This document shows, piece by piece, positions 22,578-35,000 of a stretch of DNA of 64,000 bases (within the stretch, counting starts at the first letter, position 1; each line of letters opens with the position of its first letter). The stretch is from Eledone cirrhosa (taxonomy: Eukaryota): NCBI GenBank assembly GCA_964016885.1, contig OZ024744.1, forward strand, positions 125,736,001 through 125,800,000, written 5' to 3'. The position numbers and the translations under genes are program-made. Below the pieces are notes generated by a model. The model saw nothing but the letters and a program-made list of their open reading frames with translations, was not told where the DNA came from and did not search any database.

Positions 22578-25500
22578 TAATAATAATAATAATAATGAAA
22601 TGATTGTGTACAGTGCTCAGGTGCACTACAACTCATCAAAGGTGCATGTATAGTACATAGAATAATGTACAAACATCAGTAAAATGAACAGTGCACACAT
22701 GTGTGCATGTGTATGGAAGGGGCACATCAGGTGTAGTTTTGGCGTATTTCGGGAAGCATGAGTGTCTTAAAGGATGCAGTGTCTCGGCAGCTAACAATTG
22801 ACGCAGGCAGTTTGTTCCATGTTTCAGCAACTCTGAGCGTGAAAAAATGTCTGCGAAAGTCATGGGAGCTGTGCTGTTTTCTTATCTTGTAGGCATGTCC
22901 ACGTGTGTTAGACACATGGAGATCAAAGAGGCGCTCAGGGTTGCAGTTGGCGAGATGGTTAAAAACTTTGTGGGTATTCACCAAGTCCACTGCCAGATGT
23001 CGGAGCTTCAATGAATCCATGCCCAGGGAAGCAAGGCGTTCAGAGTATGGTAGGTGTCTGATGGAGGGTATGCGCTTGGTTGCACGTCTCTGAACAGCTT
23101 CCAGGAGGTCAATGTTCCGAGCAAGATAGGGGTTCCAGACTGATGATGCGAATTCCAAGTGTGGTCGCACCATAGCTGTATACAGTTTTAAATAGATGGC
23201 TGGAGAGCGGCTAACAAAGGTCTTGCTGAGTGATGCCAAGACACCCTCGGCCTTCTTGACAATCTTAGAGACATGCTTTGTCCAACGCAAATCGTTGCCG
23301 ACAGTAATGCCCAGGTCACGTTCACAAGAGGACTTTTTGATGTCAGTGTTGTGGAGGGAGTATGTGGACGCTGGATTTTTCCTTCCAAAATGCATGGTGG
23401 TACACTTGTCCACAGCCAGCTTCAGTTGCCAGTCTGTGATCCATTGCTGCATTGTGTCCAGGTCTGATTTTAGGAAAGAGTTGTAAATTTCAGGATCAGT
23501 CCTTTTGATTTCAAGGTACAGCTTGATGTCATCTGCATATTTTAGTACCGTGGCATTCTGTAAGTTGGCATCTATGTCATTAATATATGCCACAAACAAA
23601 AGAGGACCAAGAACAGATCCCTGTGGTACACCAGATGACATCTCATATGGTGAAGAATGCTGTCCTAGAACCGTGACTACTTTCCTTCGGCTGAGAATGA
23701 AGGATTTCAGCCAGTCGAAAAGATCATCCCTCACACCCATTGCAGAGAGTTTTGCCATAAGTCTTTTGTGTGGCACAGAATTAAAAGCCTTAGCAAAGTC
23801 AAGGTAAACAACATCCACCCATGAGCCGCTGTCAGTGATCCGGGTGATGTCCTCAAGGAACTCGATAAGCTGATCACAGCAGCTGGAGTTAGGGATAAAT
23901 CCAAACTGTGAGGGCCGGATGAGGCTGTGAGAGCTCCAGAAGTTCCAAAGTGTTTCTCTGACACAGGATTCCATCAGTTTGGCCATACAGCTAGTAAGAC
24001 TGACTGGACGATAGTTGACAGGTGACATGCGGTTGCCCTTTTTGAACAGGGGAATGACACTGGCAGTTTTCCACTGCTCCGGAGTAGCACCATTGCTGAG
24101 ACAGTATTGAAAGAAAAAAGAAAGCTGGCGCAAAAGGAAATCCCCGCCACGTTTGAGAAGCAGGTATGTCACACCATCAAGACCAGGGGAGGCATAGTTG
24201 CGCTTATTCTTAAGGTGACGTCGCAACATTGCAGGTGTAAATTCCATAGTTGTTATGGAATTTGATGTTAGAGATGGTGGAGATGGTACATTCTGGTTTT
24301 CAACAGTAAAAATACTTGCATAGCACTCAGCAATGAGTTCTGCGCATTCCTTGGGATCGTCAGTGATCTGGCTTGTGTGGGGATTGCGAAGAGGACCAAC
24401 TGGAGAGTGAGGTCTCTGCTTTGAATGAACATATTTCCAGAACACCTTACTGTCAGGATTGGTTGCGATGCACTGTTCAAATTCAAGCACTGCCTTCTTT
24501 GTCACTTGCTTGAGATGGTTAGAAGATTTATTCCGCTTTTTTCTGTTGGCATCTGATCTATGCAGTTTATATTCCCGTTCAGCGTTCCGACGTTCTTTCC
24601 TGGCAAGTCGGACTGCTGAAGTTTCCCAGATTGCACTTTTGGGGTGGTTATTTTTCCGCTTCCGTGGCACTGATGCTGCACACGCTATCCATATTGAGTC
24701 CAGGATGCTCTGGAGTATAGAGTTCACATCTCCAGAGTTATACATCTCATGCCAGTTTGGGCGCTGTAGCTCAGTGCAGTACAAGTTCCAATCCGCCCTC
24801 TTCCAATCAAAGCAAGCAGATTGGAGATGGCTCTGGTTTTTGTTGCTGCCCTCAAGTGCCAGATTGGCAATGATCATAGCATGATCAGAGTCGCCTAGAG
24901 GTTCCTCAGTAGTACAACTGATAACCACTTCAGGAGTAGTGGTGAAGATCAGGTCCAAAGTGTTGTCACCTCTTGTTGGAGAGGTGACTACTTGTGACCA
25001 GTTTGAGTCCAGCACTAGTTCAAGGAAATCGTTTGCACCCTGTGGCCAACGAAAGGTTTCCCAATCGATCTCAGGATGATTGAAGTCACCTGCAATAAAC
25101 ACATAAGTGGCTGTTTTCTTGGCAGCAACTCTGAGGATATCGCAAAGCTGTGTGTCCTGATGGTAGTTTGGGGGGCGATAAACAACACCAAGCAGAAGTG
25201 TTGACATGGTCATACGTATGTCACAGAAAAAAACTTCTTCCTGTGATTCGTTCAAATCAACGCAAGGAATTACCGAAAAGTTTGAACGAACGTAGACCAT
25301 CACACCACCACCACGGCGGTTAATGCGGTCCTTGCGGAAAAGGTTGTACCCAGTAATGGTGAAAACCCCATCACAGAGTAAGGAATGTGCCCATGTTTCC
25401 GTGACTGTGATGAAGTCAGGGTCGATGCTTCTGACGTAGGATTCGAACAGATGTATCTTGTTGCATAAACTGCGAGCATTTAAGGACAACAATTTGTACC

Positions 25501-25702
25501 CTGCTCGCAGTCTATGATGGTGTGTAGAGGGTGGCAGGTTGTTCTGGTTTAGTTTCCCAGAGTTGTAGCAGTTTTTACATTGCCAGTTATTGTGGGTAGA
25601 TCACACTCAGACCAGCTGGTATCTCTCTTCCACGTTTCACCCGCCTTGACAAACCTCCAGATCTGCCCATCATCACGCAGACTGAAACTTTCATCTTGTG
25701 CT
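22578..25702 (-). mobile_element. CR1-clade LINE, 5'-truncated, with (ATT)n tail
   Basis: EN+RT ORF, short 3'UTR, (ATT)n tail at 22578-22596, flanked on both sides by the same microsatellite. Confidence 0.9.
22727..25492 (-). CDS. LINE ORF2: APE endonuclease plus reverse transcriptase (921 aa)
   Basis: EN motifs NARS, TETW, YRPP, GDFN, LDL, SDH; RT motifs YRPVSLTS, QFGF, DFAKAF, GVPQGSVLGP, YADD; CR1-like C-terminus; start codon is not ATG and is uncertain. Confidence 0.93.
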   Translation of the reverse strand: MLSLNARSLCNKIHLFESYVRSIDPDFITVTETWAHSLLCDGVFTITGYNLFRKDRINRRGGGVMVYVRSNFSVIPCVDLNESQEEVFFCDIRMTMSTLLLGVVYRPPNYHQDTQLCDILRVAAKKTATYVFIAGDFNHPEIDWETFRWPQGANDFLELVLDSNWSQVVTSPTRGDNTLDLIFTTTPEVVISCTTEEPLGDSDHAMIIANLALEGSNKNQSHLQSACFDWKRADWNLYCTELQRPNWHEMYNSGDVNSILQSILDSIWIACAASVPRKRKNNHPKSAIWETSAVRLARKERRNAEREYKLHRSDANRKKRNKSSNHLKQVTKKAVLEFEQCIATNPDSKVFWKYVHSKQRPHSPVGPLRNPHTSQITDDPKECAELIAECYASIFTVENQNVPSPPSLTSNSITTMEFTPAMLRRHLKNKRNYASPGLDGVTYLLLKRGGDFLLRQLSFFFQYCLSNGATPEQWKTASVIPLFKKGNRMSPVNYRPVSLTSCMAKLMESCVRETLWNFWSSHSLIRPSQFGFIPNSSCCDQLIEFLEDITRITDSGSWVDVVYLDFAKAFNSVPHKRLMAKLSAMGVRDDLFDWLKSFILSRRKVVTVLGQHSSPYEMSSGVPQGSVLGPLLFVAYINDIDANLQNATVLKYADDIKLYLEIKRTDPEIYNSFLKSDLDTMQQWITDWQLKLAVDKCTTMHFGRKNPASTYSLHNTDIKKSSCERDLGITVGNDLRWTKHVSKIVKKAEGVLASLSKTFVSRSPAIYLKLYTAMVRPHLEFASSVWNPYLARNIDLLEAVQRRATKRIPSIRHLPYSERLASLGMDSLKLRHLAVDLVNTHKVFNHLANCNPERLFDLHVSNTRGHAYKIRKQHSSHDFRRHFFTLRVAETWNKLPASIVSCRDTASFKTLMLPEIRQNYT

Positions 25703-25766
25703 GTATATATATATATATACACACGTGTGTGTGTATTTATGTATATATATATATATACACACACAC

Positions 25767-25808
<42 letters not shown>

Positions 25809-25923
25809 GTGTGTGTGTGTATATATATTTATATATATATACACACACGTGTGTGTATATATATATATATATATACACGTGTGTGTGTATTTATATATAT
25901 ATATATATACACACACACGTGTG

Positions 25924-25954
<31 letters not shown>

Positions 25955-25974
25955 GTGTGTGTATATATATATAT

Positions 25975-26328
25975 CTGTCTCTCTCCCTGTCTCTCACTCT
26001 CCCTCTATCCCCCCTCTCTCTCTCTGTCTCTCTCTCCCCCCCCTCTCTCTCTCTAGTAGTAGAGAGAGACAAAGAGAGAGAGATATAAACGTATAACCCT
26101 AACCAAACCCTAACCCCAACCCTAACCCTAACCTAACCCTAACCCATCTCTCTCTCTCTCACCCCCTCTCTCTCTCTCTAGTAGTAGAGAGAGAGACAAA
26201 GAGAGAGAGAGATATAAACGTATAACCCTAACCCAACCCTAACCTCTCTCTCTCTTCTCTCTCTCTCTCTCCCCTCTCTCTCTCTATTCCCCCCTCTCTA
26301 TTTCCCCCCCCCCTCTCTCTCTAGTAGT

Positions 26329-26359
<31 letters not shown>

Positions 26360-26445
26360 TATAAACGTATAACCCTAACCCAACCCTAACCCTAACCCAA
26401 CCCCAACCCTAACCCATCTCTCTCTCTCTCTCTCTCTCTCTCTTT
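25975..26445. repeat. Compound repeat of (CT)n-TAGTAGTA-(GA)n and CCCTAA-like tracts
   Basis: Direct reading; longer copy at ~59930-60640. Confidence 0.85.
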
Positions 26446-27169
26446 GTTTTTAACATTGTTTTGTTTTTCTTTTCTTTTCTTATTCAGATGACAAACGGCA
26501 GAGGATACAACAGAAGAAAAGAACAAAGATAATTATTATTATTATTACTATTATTATTTGTTTTATTATAATCAAAATATGCTGTTAGTTAGATCTGCAT
26601 TGCGTACGTTTTATATAATTTATGCCAGTTCCTTTTCTGCATATCGAACATGGCCATTTCCCTGACGGAATAGAGTTTTGTCCTCTTTCGTGACACAAAG
26701 TACAGCCAGCGGCATCATTGCGGACAGACTTAATCCCGAATTGCACTGACACACTGCCTCGCAATACGGAACACCGCACGTCTTTGATCTTCTTCCCGTC
26801 GATCAGCCTCCTTGCCATGCTAAGTACACCTGACGTCTAGCTTCTCTCTTAGCGGCGGCTTTATATTCTTCTCTACTCCCACTAATTTTCCAAGCATTCC
26901 ATGCTAGCCTTTAGTCTCCAATGGCCCGATCTACCGTGCTGTCCCACCACCATGTCACTCTCTGTCTGGTTGGAACTCTGATCCAGCCACAAGTTTAATC
27001 AGTAGCCTGCAATAAGTTGTCACATAAGAAAATCGAGTTCTCATGTATGTCATACGACTGTGAATCGTCTTCTTTTTCGTCATACACATATTGAAGGGCT
27101 TTCCTAAATTTCTATTTTAGTGAAATCTCTTTTAGCTTCCAGACCTTTCTTTTTTCCACATCTTCCTGT

Positions 27170-27620
27170 ATGTCTCAATCATACCTGGAGCTGTCCAACA
27201 TGACCATTGAAATCCCCTGCTAGCATAACGATGTCTCCGTCCTGTCATTGTGGCTGTTTGTAAAAATTGCTTGTAAATGAAGTCTTTCTTTTCTTTACCT
27301 AGCAGAAGCAATTAACACTAACCCAACTGTAACACTAACCCTAACACTAACTTATGCAGGCCTAGGTAAAGACAAGAAAGATAAAACAAGGAGTGATGCT
27401 TCTTGAATTTTGTGATGCAAGTGTTTTAACCATTTGCAAAACCAACTTCCACAAACCTGCCTCACTGCCGCCTAATAACCTACAAATCAGGCAAGCACAG
27501 AAGCCGGATTTCTCGGTAGTTAGGCAGCGAGACAGACAGATGGGGTGTGAAGTACCAGGGTGTGCCCCGGGGAGGAATGTTTCCCACAGCGTGGGTTGGT
27601 TGTTGGTGATGTCTCGGTTA
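27170..27620. mobile_element. LINE endonuclease fragments in both orientations
   Basis: LAGDFNGHVG on minus near 27195-27225; LLEFCD..ICKTNFHK on plus from ~27395. Confidence 0.55.
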
Positions 27621-27994
27621 TCTTGAGACGGAGTGAGACGTGCAGGAATACTCTCACGGAATCGCCAAATGAGGTTTATTTTTCAACATAGTCCCTGGAA
27701 TGAAACAATGTGGTTATTAAGAAGAATTGAAATTAATGTAAGATTTCACAGATCTATGATCAATCCTTCACAGTCAGCTTACAAAGTTTTCAGCCAAACC
27801 TTGTGTATTTCCAACATTTCAAACCCTATCTAGGACTACATTATCTAATGTACAGTACAGTAGTTAGTATTAGTGGCTATCAGACATAGTGTATCTAAAT
27901 GCAACATTTTTAACATTGTTTTTTTTTTCTTTTCTTTTCTTTTCTTATTCAGATGACAGACGGCAGAGGATACAATAGAAGAAAAGAACAATGA

Positions 27995-28417
27995 TAATTA
28001 TTATTATTATTATTGTTGTTATTCCTTGAATCTCAGTCATTGATGTTGGTTAACTGGAAAGTCCGTTGGAATGAATATCAAGCCACTACCTGCAGCCTCA
28101 GATATTCAGGACGTATCGGAGGGTTCTTGCTGTTCCAAGCAAGCATGCCTTTTGAAGCGTTCCAAAAAGCGTGAAGGGGCCGATTTTCTTTAACCATCCC
28201 TGGAAACTTTTGGAGATGGACAAAAAACTGGAACACAATAGACCTGACCTGGTGGTTGTGGACAAAGAAAAAAGATCGTGTCTGATTGTGGATGTGGCCT
28301 GCCCGTTCAACACGAGAGTGCAAGAGAAGGAGAGGGAGAAAATTAACCGATACCAGGACCTAAAGTGGGAGGTGAAAAGGATTTGGAACTTCCATGAAGT
28401 CAAAGTGATCCCGATTG

Positions 28418-28458
<41 letters not shown>

Positions 28459-28465
28459 TATTATT
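27995..28465 (-). mobile_element. R4/Dong-like RLE retrotransposon 3' end with a 5' inversion, inserted in (ATT)n
   Basis: Plus 28219-28416 encodes HNRPDLVVVD..IVDVACP..EKINRYQDL..VIPI; minus 28220-28098 encodes SISKSFQGWL..LQKACLLGTARTLRYVL-stop; copy at ~62193-62663. Confidence 0.8.
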
Positions 28466-28489
28466 TGTTTTATTATAATCAAAATATGC

Positions 28490-29025
28490 TGTTAGTTAGA
28501 TCTGCATTGTGTACATTTTATATAATTTATGCCAGTTCCTTTTCTACATATCGAACATGGCCATTTCCCTGACGGAATAGAGTTTTGTCCTCTTTTCTAC
28601 TCATCAACACTCATTCGTGACACAAAGTACAGCCAGCGGCATCATTGCGGACAGACTTAATCCTGATTTGCACTGACACACTGCCTCGCAATACGGAACA
28701 CCGCACGTCTTTGATCACCGCACGTCTTTGATCTTCTTCCCGTCGATCAGCCTCCTTGCCATGCAAAGTACACCTGACGTCTAGCTTCTCTCTTAGCGGC
28801 GGCGGCTGTATATTCTTCTCTACTCCCACTAATTTTCCAAGCATTCCATGCTAGTCTTTAGTCTCCAATGGCCCGATCTACAGTTTCTGTCTCAACTCGT
28901 CTATGCTTGGTCGTTCCCGCACATTGACATTGCACATCCAACGGAGCATGCTTGCTTCATTTCTCTCCAGCCGTCGCATGTCCTCTGCAGTTGCTGCCCG
29001 TGTCTCACTACCATGCAGCATCGCG
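28490..29025 (-). mobile_element. Rearranged RTE-type fragments
   Basis: SGKWPCSICRKG and RRLERNEASMLRWMC motifs; paralog at 26585-26930. Confidence 0.6.
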
Positions 29026-29039
29026 CATCTAAACCTGGC

Positions 29040-29902
29040 CCTTACCCTAACCCCAACCTCTTTGGTTTTCGTTTTCTCGACGGCTAGCCGCATTTCGTGA
29101 TCCGCCTTTCGATTGCGCTTCCGTCGCGGCAAAAGAATTGCCTTTCCAGACCGGACCGGACCCATGATAGAAGACGTTCGTTACCGTTGGAGCAACGCAA
29201 ATTACTCCTCGGTTGACGCCAAAAACGAACGCCTTCCCGCCTCGCGCCGCCTTCTCCTCGCCGACCCTCGGCCTCGACGATTAGCCACTTTCCGTCACAG
29301 CAGTAGATACGCGTCCGTCGTAATAGCCGTCATTTTAACGCAGGAGAAACGCCTAATTGCCCTGCACCGCGTTTGACGGCGATCTACGACGGCGACGATG
29401 CGCGCACTCTTCCTTGCTGCGACGAAGGTTTCGGCTTTTCGTCGTGGACCCGGTCAGGTCATGCCGCTGACCTCGCGTTACGGCGACGCGAGAAGACGTT
29501 CGTTACCGCTGGAGCAACGCAAATTACTCCTCGGTTGACGCCAAAAACGAACGCCTCGCGCCGCCGCTTCCTCCTCGGCCTCGACGATTAGCCGCTTTCC
29601 GTCACAGCAGTAGATACGCGTCCATCGTAATAGCCGTCATTTTAACGCAGGAGAAACGCCTTGACGACGATATACGACGGGTCGACGACGCGCGCACTCT
29701 TTCTGCTGCGACGAAGGTTTTGGCTTTTCGTTGTGGACCCGGTCGGGTCATGCCTCTGACCTCGCGTTGCGTCGCCACCGCCGCGGCGGGCTTGGGTTTA
29801 GCCGTAGCTACCCTCGTTTTGCCAACGGCGACGCGAGAAGACGTTCGTTACCGCTGGAGCAACGCAAATTACTCCTCGGATGAGGCCAAAAACGAACGCT
29901 GA
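29040..29902 (+). repeat. Diverged paralog of the 172-bp array and leader region
   Basis: GAAGACGTTCGTTACCGCTGGAGCAACGCAAATTACTCCTCGG occurs three times with two leader-like blocks; copy at ~63220-64000. Confidence 0.85.
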
Positions 29903-29982
29903 AGAGATATTGTCCATGGATATCGGGAATTTTACCCGCCCTAGATAGATAGATAGATAGATAGGGATGTATGTATGTATGT

Positions 29983-30022
<40 letters not shown>

Positions 30023-30421
30023 GTATGTATCTTTCTCATTCTCTCTGTATGTATGTATGTATGTATATATATATAATTATATATTTATAGACATCCTGAA
30101 AGCTTTTTAAATGTCTGAGAGATTGGCTAAATATGTTTTGCAGGTATGACCAGTAAGAGAGAGGTAAGTTATTTCAAAACAATTCTTTGACCATTATTTT
30201 AAGGTACTATCTCAGTGTATTTTTAAATTGACCTCTTGATAGGATGAAATGACCTGTATAATTTTTTTCATATTTAGATGGAATAGAAGAAAAACAAGAA
30301 AAATGAAATGAATTCAAACAGAAAATATACACCAATGCCAATGGAGGTATGATTTCAGTTTAATCTTAACCTAATGACCACTTTACAGAGTGTACTGGAT
30401 ATCTTTCTCTCTCTCTATCTC

Positions 30422-30470
<49 letters not shown>

Positions 30471-30919
30471 AGGAAGCTCCAACCGTTAAGGTTGTCTTTC
30501 CATTTATTAATATATTGTGTATTTACTCCACTAAACTGTTGAGTGCTTTATATCAGTTATAAAAAAATTTCAGCTTGTTGAATCCCAAAATAGTTGTTGA
30601 AACAGCCACAGCTCAGCCGTCGGGGTCCTGAATATTTATCATATATATATACGTATGAGTGTGTGTGTTTTGAGAATTAATAATTATATAAACAAGTTTG
30701 TAATGAACAATTTATTTCTTATCAAAACTGTATAAACATGATATTATTTACAGTAAGAATAACAATAATAATGATGGTTTCTAGTAAAGGTGGAAGGCCA
30801 GTAATTTGGGGGAGGGGAAAGTTGATTAAATCGAAGAGAGAAAGAAAGAAAAAACAGAACGGGAAGGAGAGGGGATGGCAAGAGGTCCGGTGTCGCAGGA
30901 GAGAGGGGAGGGTGGTTGA

Positions 30920-31415
30920 GCTTTGAGTCTAGGGCAAGAGGGCAGAAATGCTGCGCCCCACGGATAAGACGGCAAAAATATTCTCGCGGACGATGGCCAG
31001 AGATACCCAATGCAACAACCACCCAACCTCGCGGTGTTCCCTCCTCAGATGGGCTGCTGACTCTCCGATCTTTTGGAGGAGCTCGGCAGTACAAGGTCCA
31101 AGTACTCCTGGGGTCTCGACGTTGACTGGTGCAGAGAGGAAGTGGCCGGACAATCCTCGGTATTTGTTTATTTTACGTTCTTCTGCGAGGTGGGCTGCGA
31201 TGCCGGGGTTTGTGACCGAAACGACTTGGAAACGAAGTTGTAGGCGGAGATTGTGTCGTAGCTGGTGGTGTCCCAGATGAGGGACCTACGTCCTTCGAAT
31301 GGGAAGAGAGTGATTCCGTCGGGGCGCTTGCCATCTCCGGGACCTGTTGGCCCCAGTTGTGATGGGAAGCCAGCTGCGTCCAGGCTTCTTCTCAATATGT
31401 CGTTGACAACGACGT
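30920..31415 (-). mobile_element. CRE-like RLE retrotransposon 3' fragment
   Basis: LRRSLDAAG..DGKRPDGITLFPF..LIWDTT endonuclease motif, frameshifted. Confidence 0.65.
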
Positions 31416-31959
31416 GTATCTATTCAATAATTATTTGAATATTGAAATTTTAGGTTTAACTACCTTTTAAACCAAATACATTAAGAAAGGCATGACCAAC
31501 ACCACATCATTTTTATTTCTATTTTGAAAGTAGGTTTATAAGTATTAAATTTCAGTAGATTCTTATATCCTTCATGGTGGTCTGGTGGGAGATACGAGAG
31601 ATGGTGGAGGTTCTGGTCTGGGGTTCAATCCTGCTCAGGAGATACTCTAAGGGGGTTCATACTAAACTTCTTCAGTGTTTCTTATCTCTAGAGACAAATA
31701 TATATACATAAGGTAATCTGGTAAAGTTGTTAGAACATCACATAGAATTCTTTGTAGTATTTTTTCCAGTTCTTCAATCTGAGTTCAACTTTACTTTTCT
31801 TCCATTCGGGGTTGATAATAACGTACCAGTCAAATACTAGGGGTTAATTCTTCCTCTATATCTCTTTCTCACTCTCTGTCTGTTTTATTAAGACCTGGAG
31901 AGGTGATGTACTCTACCAGGTTTTATAATGAGTGATGGGGTCATACCTGCCTGCTACAC

Positions 31960-32495
31960 CTCTGTGTACTAAGTGTAGCATATTATATCCTTGTTCAGGG
32001 CCTTCCTGACATTACTGTGTACTAAGGGTAGCATTTTATATCCTTGTTCAGGGCCATCTTAACATTGCTGTGTACTAAGTGTAGCATATTATATCCTTGT
32101 TCGGGGCCTTCCTGACATTAGTGTGTACTGAGTGTAGATTTTAACATCCTTGTTCTGGGCCTTCCTAACATTACTGTGTACTGAGTGTAGATTTTAACAT
32201 CTTTGTTCAGGGCCTTCCTAACATTGCTGTGTACTAGGTGTAGCATATTATATCCTTGTTCAGGGCCCTCCTGACATTACTGTGTACTAAGTGTAGATTT
32301 TGATATCCTTGTTCAGGGCCATCCTAACATTACTGTGTACTAAGAGTAGCATTATATATCCTTGTTCAGGGCCTTCCTAACATTACTGTGTACTAAATGT
32401 AGATTTGGATATCCTTGTTCAGAGCCTTCCTTACATTACTGTGTACTAAGTGTAGCATTTCATATACTTGTTCTGGGCCTTCCTAACGTTACTGT
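31960..32495. repeat. 53-bp minisatellite, about 10 copies
   Basis: TCCTTGTTC at 31988, 32041, 32094 and onward. Confidence 0.9.
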
Positions 32496-32499
32496 GGAA

Positions 32500-33275
32500 A
32501 TAGTAGTTTATATCCAATATGTAATATAGATATGGATTCTACAGGACTAAAACTCATTAATATGAGGGGTATTAGTAGATTATATGCCATATTTAATAGA
32601 GAAATGGCTTCTACAAGACTAAAACTCATTAATATGAGGGGTATTACAGTTTATATGCCATATTTAATACAGAAATGGCTTCTAAAGGACTAGAACTCTT
32701 TAAATTGAATAAAATAGTAGTATATATCCTATGTTTAATACAGAAATGCCTTCTAAAGGACTCATTAATATGAGGGTATTAGTAGATTATATAACATATT
32801 TAATACAGAAATGGCTTTTAAATTCAGGGACTCGTTAATTTGATGGAAATAGTAGTGTCTATGCAATATTTAATACAGAAATAGCTTCTACAGGACTAAA
32901 ACTAATTAATATGAGGGGTATTAGTAGTATATGTGCCATATTTAATACAGAGATGGCTTCTAAATGGAGGTATCTCATTAATTCGATTGAAATGGTAGTG
33001 TATATGCAATATTTAATACAGAAATAGCTTCTACAAGAATAAAACTCATTAATATGAAGGTTATTATTACATTATATGCCATATTTAATACAGAAATCGG
33101 TTCTAAAGGACTAGAACTCTTTAATTCAAATCAAATAGTAGTATAAAGCAATATTTACTACAGAAATGGCTTCTACAAGACTAAAAATCCTTAATATGAG
33201 GGGTATTGTTAGATTATATACCATATTTAATACAGAAATGGCTTCTAAATGAAGAAATCTCTTTAATTCGATAGT
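32500..33275. repeat. ~71-bp AT-rich minisatellite with two interleaved variants
   Basis: TTTAATACAGAAATGGCTTCTA recurs at roughly 65-72 bp spacing. Confidence 0.8.
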
Positions 33276-33928
33276 AATAGTAATAATAATAATAGTAATA
33301 GTAATAATACAGCCAATTTTCCACGCAATACTTTTAGTTAGCACCCCGAACGCATAATTGGGAATATAATCACTTATTTCCTAATGTTTGTTGAGTGAGT
33401 TGGGAAAAAAAACTTGGGAAATATATTTTCAGGGTCTCAAAATCTTAAAGAGAAAAAAAAGTCCTGTGGAAGGTAGCAAAACAATTAGGAAGAAAATGGT
33501 TTGAAGTTGGTTGGTGAGTATAAGATTACAGTATCTTGTTGATTTCTATAAAGTTTACTTTTAACTGAATTGGTAAAAATGGATAAATTAGAAGACACAA
33601 TATAATAACTAATATTGTCTTCTAAAACAGGGAATAAAAATATGTTGGTGTATTGGGGGGGGGGGGGGGTAAACATGTGAGTTAATGGGAATGTTTTTGT
33701 TTGTTTTTATTGAAACATATTCAATCTACAGATAGGTTGTTATAGTTATTTAGTCTCGGGTCTGCCATTATCTGCAGATTTATAATTGAGGGGTGTTCCA
33801 GGTGTGACCACCCTACATTATTCCTAGAGATTGTTACTCCTTCATTCTTCAGTCATCTTGGTCTTCTTATGAGATGGTGGTGTAGTCTTATTTATTGTTA
33901 AGGTTATGGTCTTCCTTTGTCCACACTC

Positions 33929-33966
<38 letters not shown>

Positions 33967-34189
33967 AAAGGCTTCCTTCTCTGGAAAAAGATGATTTAAT
34001 ATTCACAACCATCTGTCTAATTGTTTTCTGATGAGAATAAAGTTAATCTTGCTTGTATGTCTACCTGATCAAATGACTGGCTGATATCTTGAAGTCATTT
34101 ACACCACAGAACTGTAGGAGTCTTGATCCCTCAAGCCATACCTCTAGCCATCATGTACTCCAAAAGAGTCTCACCTTGGTGCTACTCAA

Positions 34190-35000
34190 CATGTCCATTA
34201 AATTTAGCAGCAAGGATGCCCTCTTCTTAGTGAGAGACAACTACAAGAGAGGTTCTTAGAGAAGAATAAGCCACTATAGTTAACTTTTGTTGACATAGAG
34301 AACCCCGATCTGTCATCTGGTGGTCCTTAAGGAAACTAGGTGTAGGGGAATGGCTTGTGAGGACAGTGCAAGCTATGTACAAGGGTGCTGTCAGTAAAGT
34401 GAGAGGAGGAATTCCAGAAACAAAGTAGGTGTACATCAGGGTTCGGTCCTCAGTCCGCTCTTGTTCATTATAGTCCTCCCTCCCTCCCTCCCTCCCTCCC
34501 TCCCTCCAAGCCATAACAGAGGAGGAGTAGTTTAAGACTGGATGCCCATGGGAACTTCTCTATGCTGACGATCTGGTTCTTATAGCAGAATCAGTAGAGG
34601 AGCTAGCTAGAGAATAAATTCTGGCTATGGAAACAGCAGTAGTTGGAATCAAGAAGACTGAGAGTGAACCTAGCTAAGACAAAAGTGTTTATAAGTAGAA
34701 GAGAGGACAAAACTCTGATTCTGTCAGGGAAATGGCCATGTTCGATATGTAGGAAAGGAGTTGGCATAAATTCTATGAAATGTAGTACGCAATGCAGATC
34801 TTGGCTACACAAGAGATGTAGTGGGATAGCAGGAAAACTGACTGACAGGTAGGGAGAAATACGTATGCAGTAGATGTACAGGGAAATTTGACAGAGATTG
34901 CAGTGATAGACACATTTTTCAAATGCAGGTGGGATCTATAGAGGGAGTTGATAGCTTCTGATACCTAGGTGATCAGATTAGTAAGGGAGGAGGGTGATAT
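34190..35000 (+). mobile_element. Decayed RTE-type RT fragment
   Basis: GVHQGSVLSPLLF, LLYADDLVL at ~34555-34580 and a WPCSIC..C..C.SWLHKRC Cys-rich insert. Confidence 0.8.

Noticed and set aside
31572-31645. tRNA gene
   Set aside because: A/B-box-like words (TGGTCTGGTGG, GGTTCAATCC) but no convincing cloverleaf; at most a SINE head
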